Shown here piece after piece: positions 28,471 through 43,029 of a stretch of 64,000 nt of DNA (its first letter is position 1; every line of letters begins with the position of its first letter). Source of the stretch: Hamiltosporidium tvaerminnensis FI-OER-3-3 (Eukaryota; Fungi; Microsporidia). The notes under the pieces are model-generated. The model was not told the origin of the DNA. It ran no database searches and saw nothing but the letters and a program-made list of their open reading frames with translations. The translations under genes and the position numbers were made by a program. The stretch is from positions 941,215-1,005,214 of the forward strand of contig CM061251.1 of the NCBI GenBank assembly GCA_022605425.2, written 5' to 3'.

Positions 28471-30429
28471 TATATTGTATTTAAAGCTTATAGTAAAATT
28501 TTTTATTTATGATTTGTGACATAAAAGAAAACCAAATTAAATATTTTCCTCTTATCGAACCTAAATTTAATGTGATATTACTACCAACCTAAAAAATGAT
28601 CAAAGCACATGTTTTATAGTGAATTAATTATAAAAGTATGTCTTAGAATAACATTACAGCCAAATTTCTTTTAAAACAAAAATAACTGATATATTATTTT
28701 TTATAAAATTTTTTAAAAAAAGAAAATAGTGCTATATACAAAGCTTATTTTTTAACAGCAAAGTCTTTACTTTATAAAATTTTAATTCAACTTTCTTTTA
28801 TTTTATCTGAATAAAATAAGTTTTCACGTACTTTGATATATTGTTTATAAAAAAAAACATCTAAATAGAAATTAAAAATAAAAGTACTAGTTGAACTTAC
28901 TTCAGAAAATCTATTCACAATTTATTTTTTCTTTGAAAAAAACATAAAAGTACAAATAAGAATTAGTTGAACTAAAATTTTAACCCCATGAAGTAACGAA
29001 GAAAAAAGAATAGACCATAATACCCACTTCGTGAAATTTCTAAGTTTAGTTAACAAAACATTTCTTCTTGCAATACTTAAGAAGTACAATTCCCAAAAAT
29101 TCTTCATCAATACACCTTCACATGATATTTCAATACAAGTTCTACTATACATTTAAAAATGCGAAAAAAACCTTTGTTAATCCCAAAGCAAACCCAAAGT
29201 AGAGGTTTAAGTTGACTAATTCCGCATTCCGCTCTTTTTGTCTTCATAAAACATCAAATTTAAATTTTTGCTTATTTTTTGTTAGAATAATTTCAGAGAA
29301 TAGTTTTTTTAGTTATTTCAAGCCTTAATATTTATATATAAATGTCTTTAAATGAATTATAATATCAATTTCTTTTCTTTTCTTTCTAAAATATTTGAAA
29401 ATTTAAATGTTATTATTTTTTTTTTAATTTTTGCATTTTTTTATAATTTTTATTAGTTTCATATATCAATCGTAATATTTTTAAATCAAAAATGTAAAAA
29501 AATAGATTTACTACAAATATATTATAAAATAATCATTTTAAACCCATTGAAATACAGATCGAATTATTTAAGACAAGAAAAGTAGATTATTTTTAGTGAA
29601 CAGACCTCTGAATTACGCAATAAGAACAACGTGATAAAATATATCTACATAAAACAGAATCTAAATAAAATATGAACCTAGAAAAAAAGTAGATATATAA
29701 AACAGAACCTCAACTTCTCTGCTCCTATAATCTTTGATATATGTATAACAAATAATGCCATTCTGTTGTGGTATTTTATAGAAGGCTTTCTTTAACTTTC
29801 TGAAATCTTTCAATTTAAGAAAAAAGAGGTGTTTTAATATTTTAATAAGACTTTAGAAATATTTTTCTTAGATAATTTGCCATGAATATTAGGAATACAA
29901 TTTTTCTATTTTTATTTTTCTTAAATTGTATTGCTTCTATAAATTTCTTTAGTATGTGTATAGTAAAATAAAAGAAAAAATAGAGAAAGAAAATCCTTTA
30001 ACAGCAATTATATTTCAATAAACTCTTTATTTCTTCAATTTTTAAATTTTTACTTTTACTTGTATGATTTGAACTTTGTCTCATTTGAACTACTTAAATC
30101 AGAATTTTTTTTAAAAAGAAAAAAGATTTATAAAGAAATTATTTTCAAAATTTCAAAATTAAAAATTAGAAGAACTAAGAAATAAAAATTAAGAAAAAAA
30201 AGTAGAAAAAATTTAAAAAATTCAGAAATAATTTATGAGAATGTGAGAAATAAAATTTCTGAAATTAAGAGATAAGAATATGATGGAATAGAATAAAAAT
30301 ATAATAAAATGCCAAACTTTAATAAATTATTTCACTTTCTACATTTTTTTTCTAATTCCAAAAGAAAAATATTGAATAATTTTTTGTTAATATACTACAC
30401 TTCGCTATATAACAAATAATATCTAGTGT

Positions 30430-30960
30430 AAAACAGCGAAAGTTTGTAAAGTCTCTTTCTAAGGTAGCAGTAAGCTTTAATTATCTTTTCATGTTCCGAA
30501 CTTCTTAAATTCGAAATTCTTTACCACCGCAACACTTCATTTTTTTTTCGAATCAATTATATTTTCGTAATGTCTTTACACCTATTTATCATCACCAAAC
30601 TTAATTATAGCTTCTATTTATTCCAAGCAGGGTTTGGATATAGATAATTTTATTTAAAAAGATTGAAGATTTCTAGACATACCAGAACTCCATTCACTTA
30701 ACACACGCGAAAGAACCACATCAAATTCATTCCGATTCCGCATGACTCGGTATATTTCGTCAGCGCTTTGTAGGCTAGTACTTTAGCATAAGATAATCCT
30801 ATCAATAAATTTAATAAAAGCTGTTAGTGCCTCCATAATTTACCATTTAGTCAGTGGGGGACCAAGGTCTGCTTCTTTTCTAGTCATCGATGTAAAGTGC
30901 ATCATCTATATATTACGGGGGTATTGTCCTATTTATGTCACCGACATGTAATTTCATCAA
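30430..30960 (-). pseudogene. GC-richer coding-like relic (unknown)
   Basis: Minus frame MHFTSMTRKEADLGPPLTKW*IMEALTAFIKFIDRIILC*STSLQSADEIYRVMRNRNEFDVVLSRVLSEWSSGMSRKSSIFLNK has 2 stops in ~100 codons. Confidence 0.35.
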
Positions 30961-31004
30961 TATGTAAACTTTTCGCTAAAAAAAAGAAAAAACACATTTA
31001 TTCA

Positions 31005-33330
31005 AAAATAATACAACTATATGTTAGAGCCTACACTTCAATCATATATCATCAAAGACAAATAAATTTTTATATATGTTTAAGAGAAATTGGTCAATAT
31101 AATTTAACAGAATAACGTGTTTTTATCAAAAGTAAATAAAAGTTATTGGTTTTCTAAAAAGTATACCTACAAATTAAAGACATTAATTTATCTTTTCTTC
31201 GTTATGATATACATCTTCACAGCGATTCTTCAGATTAGCAATTGCGTTCCATAAAAAGCTTTCTGCCTTTAGCTTATTGTAATTGCAATTAAAGTTAATG
31301 ATATTGGTAAGTTATCTAGCAATATATTCTAAGTGAATTCATTCACTAACGTGTACCTCTGACTTTAAACAGGATTTATAAGTTTTTTGACACTACCGTT
31401 TGAATCATAATAAGAATACATTTAATTAAACTTACAAAACCCAATCTTCACCTTAAAACAGCCTAGGTCTGTAAGATATAAAAATCAAGCTGCGAATATT
31501 CTAGTAATTATATCAGTTGATTGCGGAATATGTTTCTATGGCTTCAAATTTAGGTTCAATTCTTTAAAATAAAAGAGGTATTAAGTTTCATACCAAGCTA
31601 TTCATGAATCACTCGTAGAAGATGTCACAACATAAAAAATATAACACTATTTATAGTTTTTGTAATTTTTAATATTCAATTGTCTTACATTTTATATTTT
31701 AATAGACAAATCGATATTTTGATAGTATAATCTCTTAACTAACAAACACAATCATAGAAATTTTATTTTTGAATTACAAATACTTGTTTCCATTAATTAT
31801 AAGACTAAGTTGAAATCCTTTTGCTTTGATATCCATCTAAAAATATATTTAGATCTCAAAGTGATATTAATATCTTGTAATTCCCACTAATATAGGTATT
31901 TCTTCATTATGTAAAGAATTGTATGTAACTTTATATCTATTTAGCAAAGTAAATATTAAAAATGATTTAAATTAATTTAGCTTATAATGAAATATATTTA
32001 TTAAAGATTCAATCAATCTTTATACCAAATTAAAATATTATCTAAATTATTATTTATTTGAATTGTTTTTCGTGTGAATCCGTAATGACTCATAAGAAAG
32101 TTAAAGATCTAAAAAATCCAAGAATATATAGATAACCATACCATTTATAAAATAGTTGTAGAAATTGTATTTAACCTAGGTAGATGAATTAAAAACATTG
32201 AAATTAAGAATCAATTAATATAAAAACAGATAATGAAATGTAGTCGTAATTTTGAAGTAGTATAAAAAGAACAAGATTATCAGTTCGAGACATATTATGT
32301 ACTATTCAATTTATTTAAATTTAATTCTTTAGATAATTAGAGTAAAATATTACTTAAGTCTAATAAAAATATAAAATAATAGAAAACTTAGTAATATCTT
32401 TACAAATATAAAAATTTATGTTCTAAATTTGTCGAATATGAGTTAATAGTTTAAGACGAAATTCTTATATGAATATATTGGGATGAATCAAATTTCAAAA
32501 TTCTCTAATAGAATTATATAATTTAGTAAAAATAACTTAATGACTATATAAATCTAAAAAATAGCATTTTATTTCAACAAATTCAATAGTATTACATTTT
32601 TAATAAATTTTCTTGAAATTATTATACATGCAATGTAAATATCTTTTCGCACGATATCTTTCTTTTACTTAGCTCTATATTCTTTTTAAACCAAAAAGCA
32701 ATACATATATAATACAAAGCGGTTTGCTCAATTTTAGGAAAGGTAACTAATATGAGGTTATATGGAAATCCAAAGCTATGTATGAATACCCTATATGATC
32801 AAAGTTTCAATCAATATACTGAAGGCTTTTAAAAACAATTTCACAAAATTTAATACGGCCATATTTAGGTCAAACACAACGTATTATGACTAATTTTAAA
32901 AAATATTATTCAAAAATAATCAGTTAAGGTTTTAATAGTTAAAATGTTCTAAATGACCATAAAAAAGCACTTAATACCTTACGCACAAAAACTTCCAATT
33001 ATGGTAAATTTATAAGTTTATTAGACTTAACACTCAAAAATCATATAAGAAGAGATAATACTAAGATGTATTTTGAAATATAACATATTGATAAGAATCA
33101 AAGAATTTAACGCCAAATGAATATTAAATTAGTATAAAATTAATAAATCACATCAAAGTATAGTAAAATCATAATAGATTTAGAACCAAACATTGCTTTA
33201 CTAAAACAAGACATGATTAAAGTAGTCAGAATTGTTTTATAACCAGAAAAACTGCTGCATGAGCAACCATTATAACTTGGTAAAGGAATAACAAAAGAAA
33301 TATGTAAAAAATATAGGAACAATTTAAAAC
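31005..33330 (+). pseudogene. Family D copy 4
   Basis: Anchors GAGCCTACAC (~31027), CCGTTTGAATCAT (~31396), GTTGATTGCGGA (~31516), CAGTTCGAGACAT (32281, shared with copy 1 at 1982), 24-bp core at 32988-33011. Confidence 0.7.
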
Positions 33331-35269
33331 AGAAAATTAAAATAACAAAACAAGAAATATGAAAAAAAGCAATTAAAAATAGAATTAAAATACATTTTAT
33401 CTTAACCGACTCTATACAAGTGAAAATTCAAAACTAAAAAAACATTAATAAAATAAATACCTAACTAAAATTTTCCACGTAAAAGAATAAAAGTTCGATA
33501 ATTGTAAATAAAATTTGAAACGGTACAATTTTTTTTGTAAAAAAGAAATATTTTATCTTAACAGCTATAAACAATACTAATTTCATATAGAACATAAAAT
33601 ATGAAATATATACTAGTTTATATTACAGAAAAGACTATACAGATTTTATACCATATAAACTTACGTGACAAAAAAGCAACTAAAATCTACCACTAATGAT
33701 GTAAAATAACGAGTTTACAATATAAATATATTTTTCTTTAATTAAAAGCCAACATATTATAGTTAAACTTAAAAAATATATGATAACAACAAGTAAATTA
33801 TTTTAAGTATGTAATAAACATACAAATCAAGTTTTTAATATGTTATAAATTTAATTTAGAACAAAATATATGACTTAATACAGAAGAAGTGACAAAGTTA
33901 TGAAAAAAATGAATAAAAAAACTTACTAAAATTTATATCCCATGCATATCCCTTTAGCGAAAGTACATAGTATTCCAAAGAATATTTTTTAATAAAACAT
34001 CTAAATTTTGAATTTTTAAAAAAATTATTGTGTAATGAATTGAATCGAACAACCAAGCAATATTTGTTGGCGTTATTAATATCACATTTCACACGCCTTA
34101 TATTGCACTCTTCTGAAACTCAGTAGATAAATAAAATGGAATACAAATTATAAGTAAGAAAAGTATTTGGTATAAATAAAAACCGTATAGTTTAATAAAG
34201 ACTAATATGTTATGCTGGTGAATTCTTAATTGCTTTGTAAAATAAAAGAAACTTTGGATATTGAAATTAAAAAAAAAAACAGTGCAGTTTAATAAGATTT
34301 ATTTCATTAAATAATTAATAGCTCGATAAATGGTACCATACATACCTTTCAAAATCAGAAAAAAATTTTTAAAAATGAACCAACATGATATATAAGAAAT
34401 AATAACGTAAAGAAAAATAAGCGGTAAATAAAAATAACAAAACAATATTACAAATTTATAATAACAGACTATCTCGGTTTTGGAAAAAAAATATATTTCT
34501 GTATAAACTAACACATAGAATGATTTAAAACCATTACCTCTTTTTTACACAGTCACTAGTATAAATTTTTTTGATGAAATTCACGCAGTTCTGAGTTTAA
34601 CATATGTGACAGCATCCCCACCACACTATCTGTAAACTTACGATACCCATTCCAAGGCTTTCATTTATAAGGTATATATGATCTATTTAATAGGGAAAAG
34701 GTTTGCGTAGCGTTTGCCCATATCTGTTACTAAGTTTTGATTGTAGGTAGAACATAGCTCGAACTTAACCTTTCGAGATTATGCAGGATTTTCACTTACT
34801 CTATCCACTCCGAAGCCAATAAATGCTCGCCAAGATATATTTTGATGACTAACACAGACCTACTTAGACAATGCAATGACATAACAAGATGTATAACATG
34901 TTGCATCGCTTTAAGACTTCAAAAGTTATTATTTTTCTATCCTCTGAGGTTAAGTGTTATAACCTGGTGTTCAAGACAAGGTTTCCACGTTTTTAACAAA
35001 GCGAAAATCAAAAAGTACAATTTATTCTGCAATCTAGCCACAAATGAGACTACAAAATATATTATAGAAAAAGATTTCGATATATTATAGACCTTCTCCT
35101 CCTCATAAGAGCAGCAATGGAACCCCAAAAACATAGAGTAGTCTTATTCATATTTAAAGGCTAAATATCGGTTCAAACAGATCTTTCACATGATCATTTC
35201 AAATAATACTGTCTTGTAGTCGTTGTCCTCTCTCCACCAATGGTTTAGCTATTTATAAACAATCAATTT

Positions 35270-37855
35270 TAACATAATCTAGTTACACACAAATTTAATC
35301 ATCAAATGTAACACTATTTGAGAAAAAATTAAAATATAAATTTTTTTGTAAAGAACCCTCTCCTAATGAGAAATCTCTATAATTTACTCTGCTGATATAA
35401 ATTATTTTTTTTTAAACATTAAAGAAAACATAAGAGTTGATGATACGGAATGCTAACCCAAAAAAACAAAACAAAGGGTTTACTGTTTTTCGAAATTATA
35501 ATAATTTTTGCAATTTACTGACATTCCTTCACTATAAAATAGTTTTAATGACATTACGAAGCAATTGAAGCATACCGTAATCATTAGTTGCTTTGCTCTT
35601 ATAGTTAGAGCGTTAGATGAAGCTTTTTTTTTATCCTCACTTTTTGTATATGGTATTTAGAAAGATCTTAGTTTAAAGCTGAATTTTTGGATATTTCATT
35701 CTATAATCAAATTTAAAACAAAAAAAAAATCATAAAATTATGATGCAGATTAAAATATCCGAAAATTCGTTCTTTAAACCGAGGTCCTTCTAAACGCCAT
35801 ATATATTGTAAGTAAGATTCTAAAATCACTTCGGCATTTATTAATCTAACGAAAAAAGTTAATACTTATAAAGAAAATTGCATACGATATAAATTTCGTT
35901 AAATATATTGCAGTATAAAAGGTATTAAAATGGAAAATGAAGAAGTATTTGAAATTGTAATATAAAAGAAGTAAAATTTATTATGAAAGAAAACTATAAT
36001 ACAATGACAAAAGTTTACCTTTCTTTAATTTTTAATAATTTTCGGATATTCCTTCAATTTAAAACTTTTTTATCAATTACGAAATAATAGAAGCATACAA
36101 CCACCAAAGCCGAAAAAGATTTTAAACCTAACCATCACTTTTATCGCAAATATTTTTTATCCTCACTTTTTTTTTTTGTATTTGGCATTTAGGAAGATCT
36201 CAAATTTAAAGACGAATTTTCCAATATTTCATATTGTAATCAAATTTAAAACAAATAAACTTCATAAAATTATGATACAACTTAATATATCGGAAAATTC
36301 ATTGATAAACTTAAGATCTTTCTAAATGCCATATATAGTAGAAATTAAGATTCACAAACTCCATCATTTGACGATAAGTGATTCAATATAAAAGTATAAA
36401 CTTATAAAGACAATTTAATAGTGTTTATTATTTTTTTAAAGTAATTGCAGTATGGATGGTATTAAAACAGAAAAACATAAGTAAGTTCTTGGAATTACAA
36501 GTTAAAGGGAAATAAATATCTTTTGGCTGTAAAAATTGTCATATAATGAAAAAAAATCTAGAATATAAAATTTCTATATATTTTTGTTCCTATAGTGCAT
36601 TGAAAGGAATTACACCATAAGATATTTTTTTTATGATTTTTTTTTATATATTATTTACATTTACTTTGTACGAAGGCTTTACACGATTGTTAAAAGTCCC
36701 AGTAAATCCAGCTTAAGATTTTACTACTATAATTTCTTTTTTTTGCTTTACTATAAACTTTAAAAAAAATTCCTACTTTTATTTCTTGAATTAAAGTGTT
36801 AGTCAAACATTTTGTCAAGCCTGTAATTTTGTTTTGACAATTAGAAATATCGTTTATCATTTTACTATTTAAACTGTAAAACATATTGCAAAATATGCAG
36901 ATTTTTTAAATTTTTTTTTTGATAACCTTTATATTTTTATAATAAATTATTTCGCTTAAAATATACTATATCACGCATATTTACTGTTCTGCAAAAAAAT
37001 TATCATTTATTTCTGAGAATTTAACATTTATTTAAAATGTAATTAAGGTTTTTCAATCAAGGTCTCTAATTTATATATTCTAATTACAAAATTGCTTTGC
37101 CATTTCTCTAATTATACGCTACAAAAACATAAACCAACATCATAGTAAAATAATTCCCTGTCTAACATAAAAAATCTTTTAATTTGAAAAAATTCTCATT
37201 TTGAAAAAAATATTAACAAATTTTATTAAGAGAATATTTATATTTATTAAATTTTATTTGGCGAAATAATAAAAAATTTCTTCCTTCGAATGTATTTTTT
37301 CATATTCTAAATATATAATTTAAATTCTTTTACCTGAATTCAATGACATCGATTCTTATTCTTATATTTACAAATTTGTCTTAAAATATTCAAAAGAGAA
37401 CCATTTAATAATCCTAAGTTACAGATATAATAAAATAAAAGATATATTTGAACCGAAATATTGACATTTCATATGCTCGCCACATTTTTTGTAATAACTA
37501 CATCAAAATTTTTTATAATTCAGAATCATTTTCTAATTTACTATTGAAGAAATTAGATTTTTAAACCAAATGATGCATATAATACCAAAAACTTTCTAAT
37601 TTATAATACAACTTATCAAGAAACAAAAATTAATCATTGACTTTTAGAAAAGAAAGCAGAAAAAAAGATAAGTAATCTCTATTAATATAAGTGAATAAAA
37701 TAAGACATTATAAACAGAGATATATACTTTAAACATAAAAAAACTAACTGTACTTCCCGAAAAAAATTCTTAATTCATTTAGGTATTTTTTTCTTTAGGA
37801 AATAATTAATCGAATATTTTATATAGTCGCGGATTTTTAGTTTTATTTTTTTTTC
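35270..37855 (+). pseudogene. Cassette gene A relic, copy II, with internal tandem duplication
   Basis: Homologous to 13000-15050. Confidence 0.4.
35500..36550 (+). repeat. Diverged tandem duplication, ~525-530 bp unit x2
   Basis: TTATCCTCACTTTTT at 35631 and 36157; AATCAAATTTAAAACAAA at 35705 and 36238; ACTTATAAAGA at 35864 and 36400. Single copy at ~13260-13740. Confidence 0.8.
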
Positions 37856-39689
37856 ATTACAGAGTTCCTATCCCTATGTTTCGATATCCGAAAAATCTCA
37901 TCATAAAAAATTGACTTTAAAAGAAGAGTTATTAAGATAAGGTATTCTGGCCACCAGTTTAATAGAGACAATAACTGTTGCTCGCCATTATTTGCTCAAC
38001 CCAAGATATTTTTTTTAAAAAAAAATTATTCACATTAAATATATTTGCAGATGCGTATATGATATAATAATTAAAAAAAATTAGCATTCTCGCCATAGTT
38101 TTAATATTTTCGTAACGAAAATAAATTTTAGCAAACAAAAATAACAAATTTGAAATAAAGTCAAAAAACGTAAAAAAAAATGTGAAAGCTTTCTAGAGTT
38201 ATGGCAAGAAAAAACAAAAACAGCCAAGATATCGGTTTATAAGCCAATCTATTTTTGAATTATATCTCATGCTCTATTTCGTCTTTCATCATTGGAAGTT
38301 TTATAATGTAATGCAATTTTTAAAGTTAATCAGAAAAAAATTATATCAGTATTTCAATTTCATAAAAGACAACATGTAAAAATAGTATATACATTATATT
38401 ATTTGAAAATAAGGTTGTATTATAACTACAAATTAGGTTCTTAAACATAATTAAATCTTATAAACTTTTTTAAATGGTAACTCCAAATTAAATAATATTT
38501 GAAATTCCATTTTACAATAAACACTCTATCTAAGTTCTTATAAACCAAAGCATGTTGCATCGCATTTTATATAATTCAGATTAAATAAAAAAATATTTAT
38601 CCAACTACCAGGAACAACACCCCATTTTTTTTCTTAATAAGAAATTTTACTGAATCTTAAGTAATTCTAAAAAATTCAAATTTTCTGTTGCTTGGTATGC
38701 ATTTGATTAAAAATACTAAAATTATTCCCAAAACCCCATAACGGGATTTTCAAAAGCATATTAAACCAGTTTTAAATTGCTTTTTGTTAAATCTTTACTG
38801 AAAAAAAAAATTATAAAATATTATTTTACATTATTTTTTGGTTGCTTTTTGGTGATTTAAGCCCTTCGCTGCTTAAACATCGTGACTTAAGGTATTAAAT
38901 CAGTTATCATTGGTGTCTATAGCCCTACCTTTCAAAAATAATAAATTTAAAGTATATTAAAAAATATTACCTTATATTTCAAACCAGATTTCGAAAAGTT
39001 TTATTTAATCTTAAATTAAGTTTCCTAAATATAATTCTTGATCTCTAGGTTTAAAAATTATTTTGGGTTTAATTTTTTTTTATCTTATAACTAAATGAAT
39101 GCCAAGTCTATTTATATAGCAGCTAGAAATATACAAAATTTTACTTATTGTATAGAATAGAAATTCATTCTTAAGTGCAAAATATAAAGCAATATGCTGA
39201 AACAGAGATGAGAAGAAATTTTAGATCATGCAAAAACCTTCAGAGTATTGTACGAAAATATCTAAAGTTATAAAAAATTCGAAAACTCAAATTCGAAGTC
39301 TGATGTTTTATAATAAATACCAAGTAATTAATAACTACTTTTCAAGCCTAAAAAATCTTTAAATAATATAAAATAGTACAAAAAAGCATAAAGTTACGCT
39401 AAAATAGATCAATCAGACACAATATGTCAAAAATATCTTAAAAAGATATACCTAAATGTGTAATTTTTAGAATTACAAAATTATTCCATAGTGTTTTAAA
39501 ACAATTCGAATAAGATGTATTCATATTAAACCACAGATAGAAATTAATGCTATAAAAATGCAAAATATTAGGGAGAATTCAAAAAAACAACATTTTTGCT
39601 TATTAAATTATCGGCTCTTATTTTTTGAATTATGCCTGTTTTTGTTTAAACATTTTTATGGTGTTTAAATTGTTAAGATTATATTTCTT

Positions 39690-41900
39690 TAAATATTTTT
39701 TTTAAAAATTGATCATCTTTCTTATGAGAAATAATTTTCATCTAGATATTTACCGTACTTTTGAGAAATAATTTATTAGTTAGTTGAATACATTATAACT
39801 TAAAGAATTCTTAAATTATTAGCTCATTAAGTATTTTTTAATAAACATAAAAGGTTTTATATACAATGCAAACGCTACTTTATTTAAATGTCCAAAACAT
39901 TCTTATCCAGGATGAAATCGAAATTACGTAATTATTTTAAAGTAAAATAAAACAAACTGAGCTTAAGAGTGTCGTGTAAGCCTAACTAGTATTCGTATTA
40001 CTTTTCTCATATAGAAATTTAGTTCGTTCTCTAAATAGTCACATATATTCTTTGCCTGTAATAGTAAAATATCTTATTTAGGAAAGTGTGATGGCATTAT
40101 AATTTCACAAAAATTTGGCGATTTATAGAGAATATATTTTAAATGAACATTCCAGTAAAATATTTTTGAATTTAGAAAATAAATAAATTTTATCATATGT
40201 TATTTAATGCCTCAAAATCAAATACTTGACCTTTGCATACATAAATTTCTAACCTTTGTTTTTTAAGAATATAGTTGAATTGTAAAAATATTGATTTGAG
40301 AAAAATTTAAAATTTAAAAACCAACTAAAGTGATTTGTGATTATTCGTTTTTCTTGAAAAAAATTCTCCATTAGTTAAAATTATCATTCTAAAAAAATAT
40401 TTACAGCCATATATAATATAACAAATCAAAAACTATTTAATATTTCCCGAAATTTATAAAAAAAATAAAATCAAATTTCATATATAAAAAAATGATTGTT
40501 TAGATATTAAGACGGAATTAAAATAATTTTATTAGAAAAAATCTGCTGGCTTACGGTGAAAGGTTGGGGTTAAAATCAAACCAAATTTTCGGTTGCTCTA
40601 TCGAAGTTTTTAAGAAGAAGAACGATCTACGCATAAGAGCATTTTTTTGTTTTATTTTGTAGTCTTTATCTATCTGAATTTAGACCGCGATTGCATGCAG
40701 GTAATTACGGCGTAAACCCAGAAAATTTGATTTGGTACATAGCGATATGCTAAAAGTTAGTAAAGCCAAGGGAATCGATTTAAAAAGCTGTATCTGTTTA
40801 TAAGAGAGTTCTCGCCCAGATGTACTTTATGCAAGTCGCTGTGATATATAATATATGATACGATATAGGATTTTAATCGTACAATATTTGGAAATTTTTA
40901 AGTGTGTAATATCACTAAGCAGGATTGAACCTACGTTGATACTTCGCAAAATAAATAATTATCTTAGAATAATTGCATCGTCTTTAAATAGATTATACAT
41001 ACATTTTAAATAAAAAACTGAGATGTAGGTAGCTTAGAAGATACAATTGTGAAGGTAAGAAAGCCTTTATTGTAAGCACAGACATTCTTTAATGCTTGAT
41101 ACAAAATGATAAATGTCAAGTTTTAAAAAATGTGATATTTTTATAAATAAAATCTCTATAAATTCATAGTGTTAACATTCATTTATTTTTGTTCAGATTG
41201 ATATTTTTTTTGATTTATTAGTAGAAATTAAATTGTAAAAATATTAAATTTATGGATTAAATTTTTTCAGAGTCTTAGAACATAATAATACTAAGAATCG
41301 GGAAAAGTATCATAAAGATAATATTAGGAAAATTAGGTTGCAGAAGTTTTTACTTTGAGGAATTCAAATTGGTTAAAAATGTCAAAAATCCGAATTAAAA
41401 TATCTCATACCAAAAAGTGTCTCTAATTAAAATTTCCGATTTATACCAGAATAGCTGATTTATTATTTTTTTTTGTGTTTTCCAATTCTGAGAACAATTT
41501 TTTTTTAATTTTGTGTTTTATTATGATTATATATACAAACGTCTGAATTAAATAAAAATTTCAAATACAATTAAAATTCATTATTTGCACTCAAAATAGA
41601 AAAATTAAATATTTATGATTTTAGCATAGTTAAAGGACATTTAAATGTTTTTATAAATTTAACTAAAGTTTTTTGACGAATTAGAAATGATTTAGGTATT
41701 TAAAAATGTAACCATGAAATATAAGCAACAAATTATTTTCATTTACAAATTTTTAATGAAAAAACATATATTTATCAATTAGAATAAAAAATTGCAAAAA
41801 TGTTTTATTAAATATATTTAAATTGTAAACCTACCGAAATAAAATTTTAAATGCTATAGTGATGAATTTTAGAAGCAAGAAAACATAAATTAGATGTTCA
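39690..41900 (+). pseudogene. Cassette gene B relic, copy II
   Basis: Homologous to 15060-17300. May begin further left, within 37855-39690. Confidence 0.5.
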
Positions 41901-42039
41901 TATGCCCCTTAATATGTTTTAATATTTATGTTTTCTCTTGGTTTTAAATCCAACAAAAGATTTTTTTTCTAAAAAATATAATTTCTTTATATTTTTTTAA
42001 AATGTTCTACCCTTATGATTCTGAAATCAAAATGTATTT

Positions 42040-42990
42040 TTAATGAAGAAGTTGGGATGAAGAGTGAATAAAGAAAGAAAAACACAAAAGTTGAATATAA
42101 GTGAATAGCGGCAACGATGAGGATGAATGTTGTTTATCATTTTTATCTGCATTCTAATGGATTGCTCAATAATGATTTTGTTTTAATAATGATTTGCAGT
42201 TATAAATAAATCATTTGAAAAAGGATTATATGGCGATGCTGTTGGATATCGGGCACAACCCCTTGATACTTGTATGGAACAAATGATTAGATATTTTAGT
42301 TAGTTAGCTGAAAATAGTATGATCTATGCTATTTCTATTAAAATGGAGTTTTTAATCAAAGAAGTTCCTTTTCTTTTTAATCTGAACAAAATTTTTCCTA
42401 TTACGTTTGGAAAAGATGAAATAAGAGTGTGGGGGCGAGGGTTGTTAGTACCTTCCTTATGCATTGTTAAATATGTTATGTTTGATGACAGGGATTTATC
42501 GAGAGTATTTGGAGTTAGTTAACAAGTTTGGAGTTTTTATGAAAATTAGACTCTCACATTTGGAATTTATAGCTACAACTGAGCATAATTTAGAATTTTT
42601 ACGAGTTAAATGTTGAAATATGAAAGCTTTTAAGTTGTGAATATTGAAGTAATGTATTTAAAAAAATTCAATTCTGAAAAAATATCCTATTGTTCTCTAT
42701 AAAGAAAAAAAATATAAAATTTTGATCAAGTTAGATATATTTTTTAGAAGTGTTTTAAATTCAAATATTTATCAGAAGTTGAAATGAAAAATGCTTATTC
42801 GATATATTGAAAATATCAGAAACGATTATCTGCCGATGATCACTTTAGAATAATATATTTTAAATTTCCTAAAAGCTAGAAATTTTGGTATGGTTTGTAA
42901 CAAAGAGGAATCTAAAGAAATCCATGCTTTACAAGAAATTCAAAATAAAATATTTTAATATGGTTTATATTTTCGCTTAAGTGTTTTAAT
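42040..42990 (+). pseudogene. Cassette gene C relic, copy II
   Basis: Near-open frame KGLYGDAVGYRAQPLDTCMEQMIRYFS*LAENSMIYAISIKMEFLIKEVPFLFNLNKIFPITFGKDEIRVWGRG. Homologous to 17460-18400. Confidence 0.6.
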
Positions 42991-43029
42991 TATATAAAAA
43001 ATACTAAAATTGATTTAAAAAAAATATAT

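Noticed and set aside
33140-33322. Minus-strand ORF resembling a signal peptide (would make family D minus-strand)
   Set aside because: Likely antisense of an A-rich Lys-rich stretch. Purine skew and CCN variation in LPFES favour the + strand, though strand is not proven.
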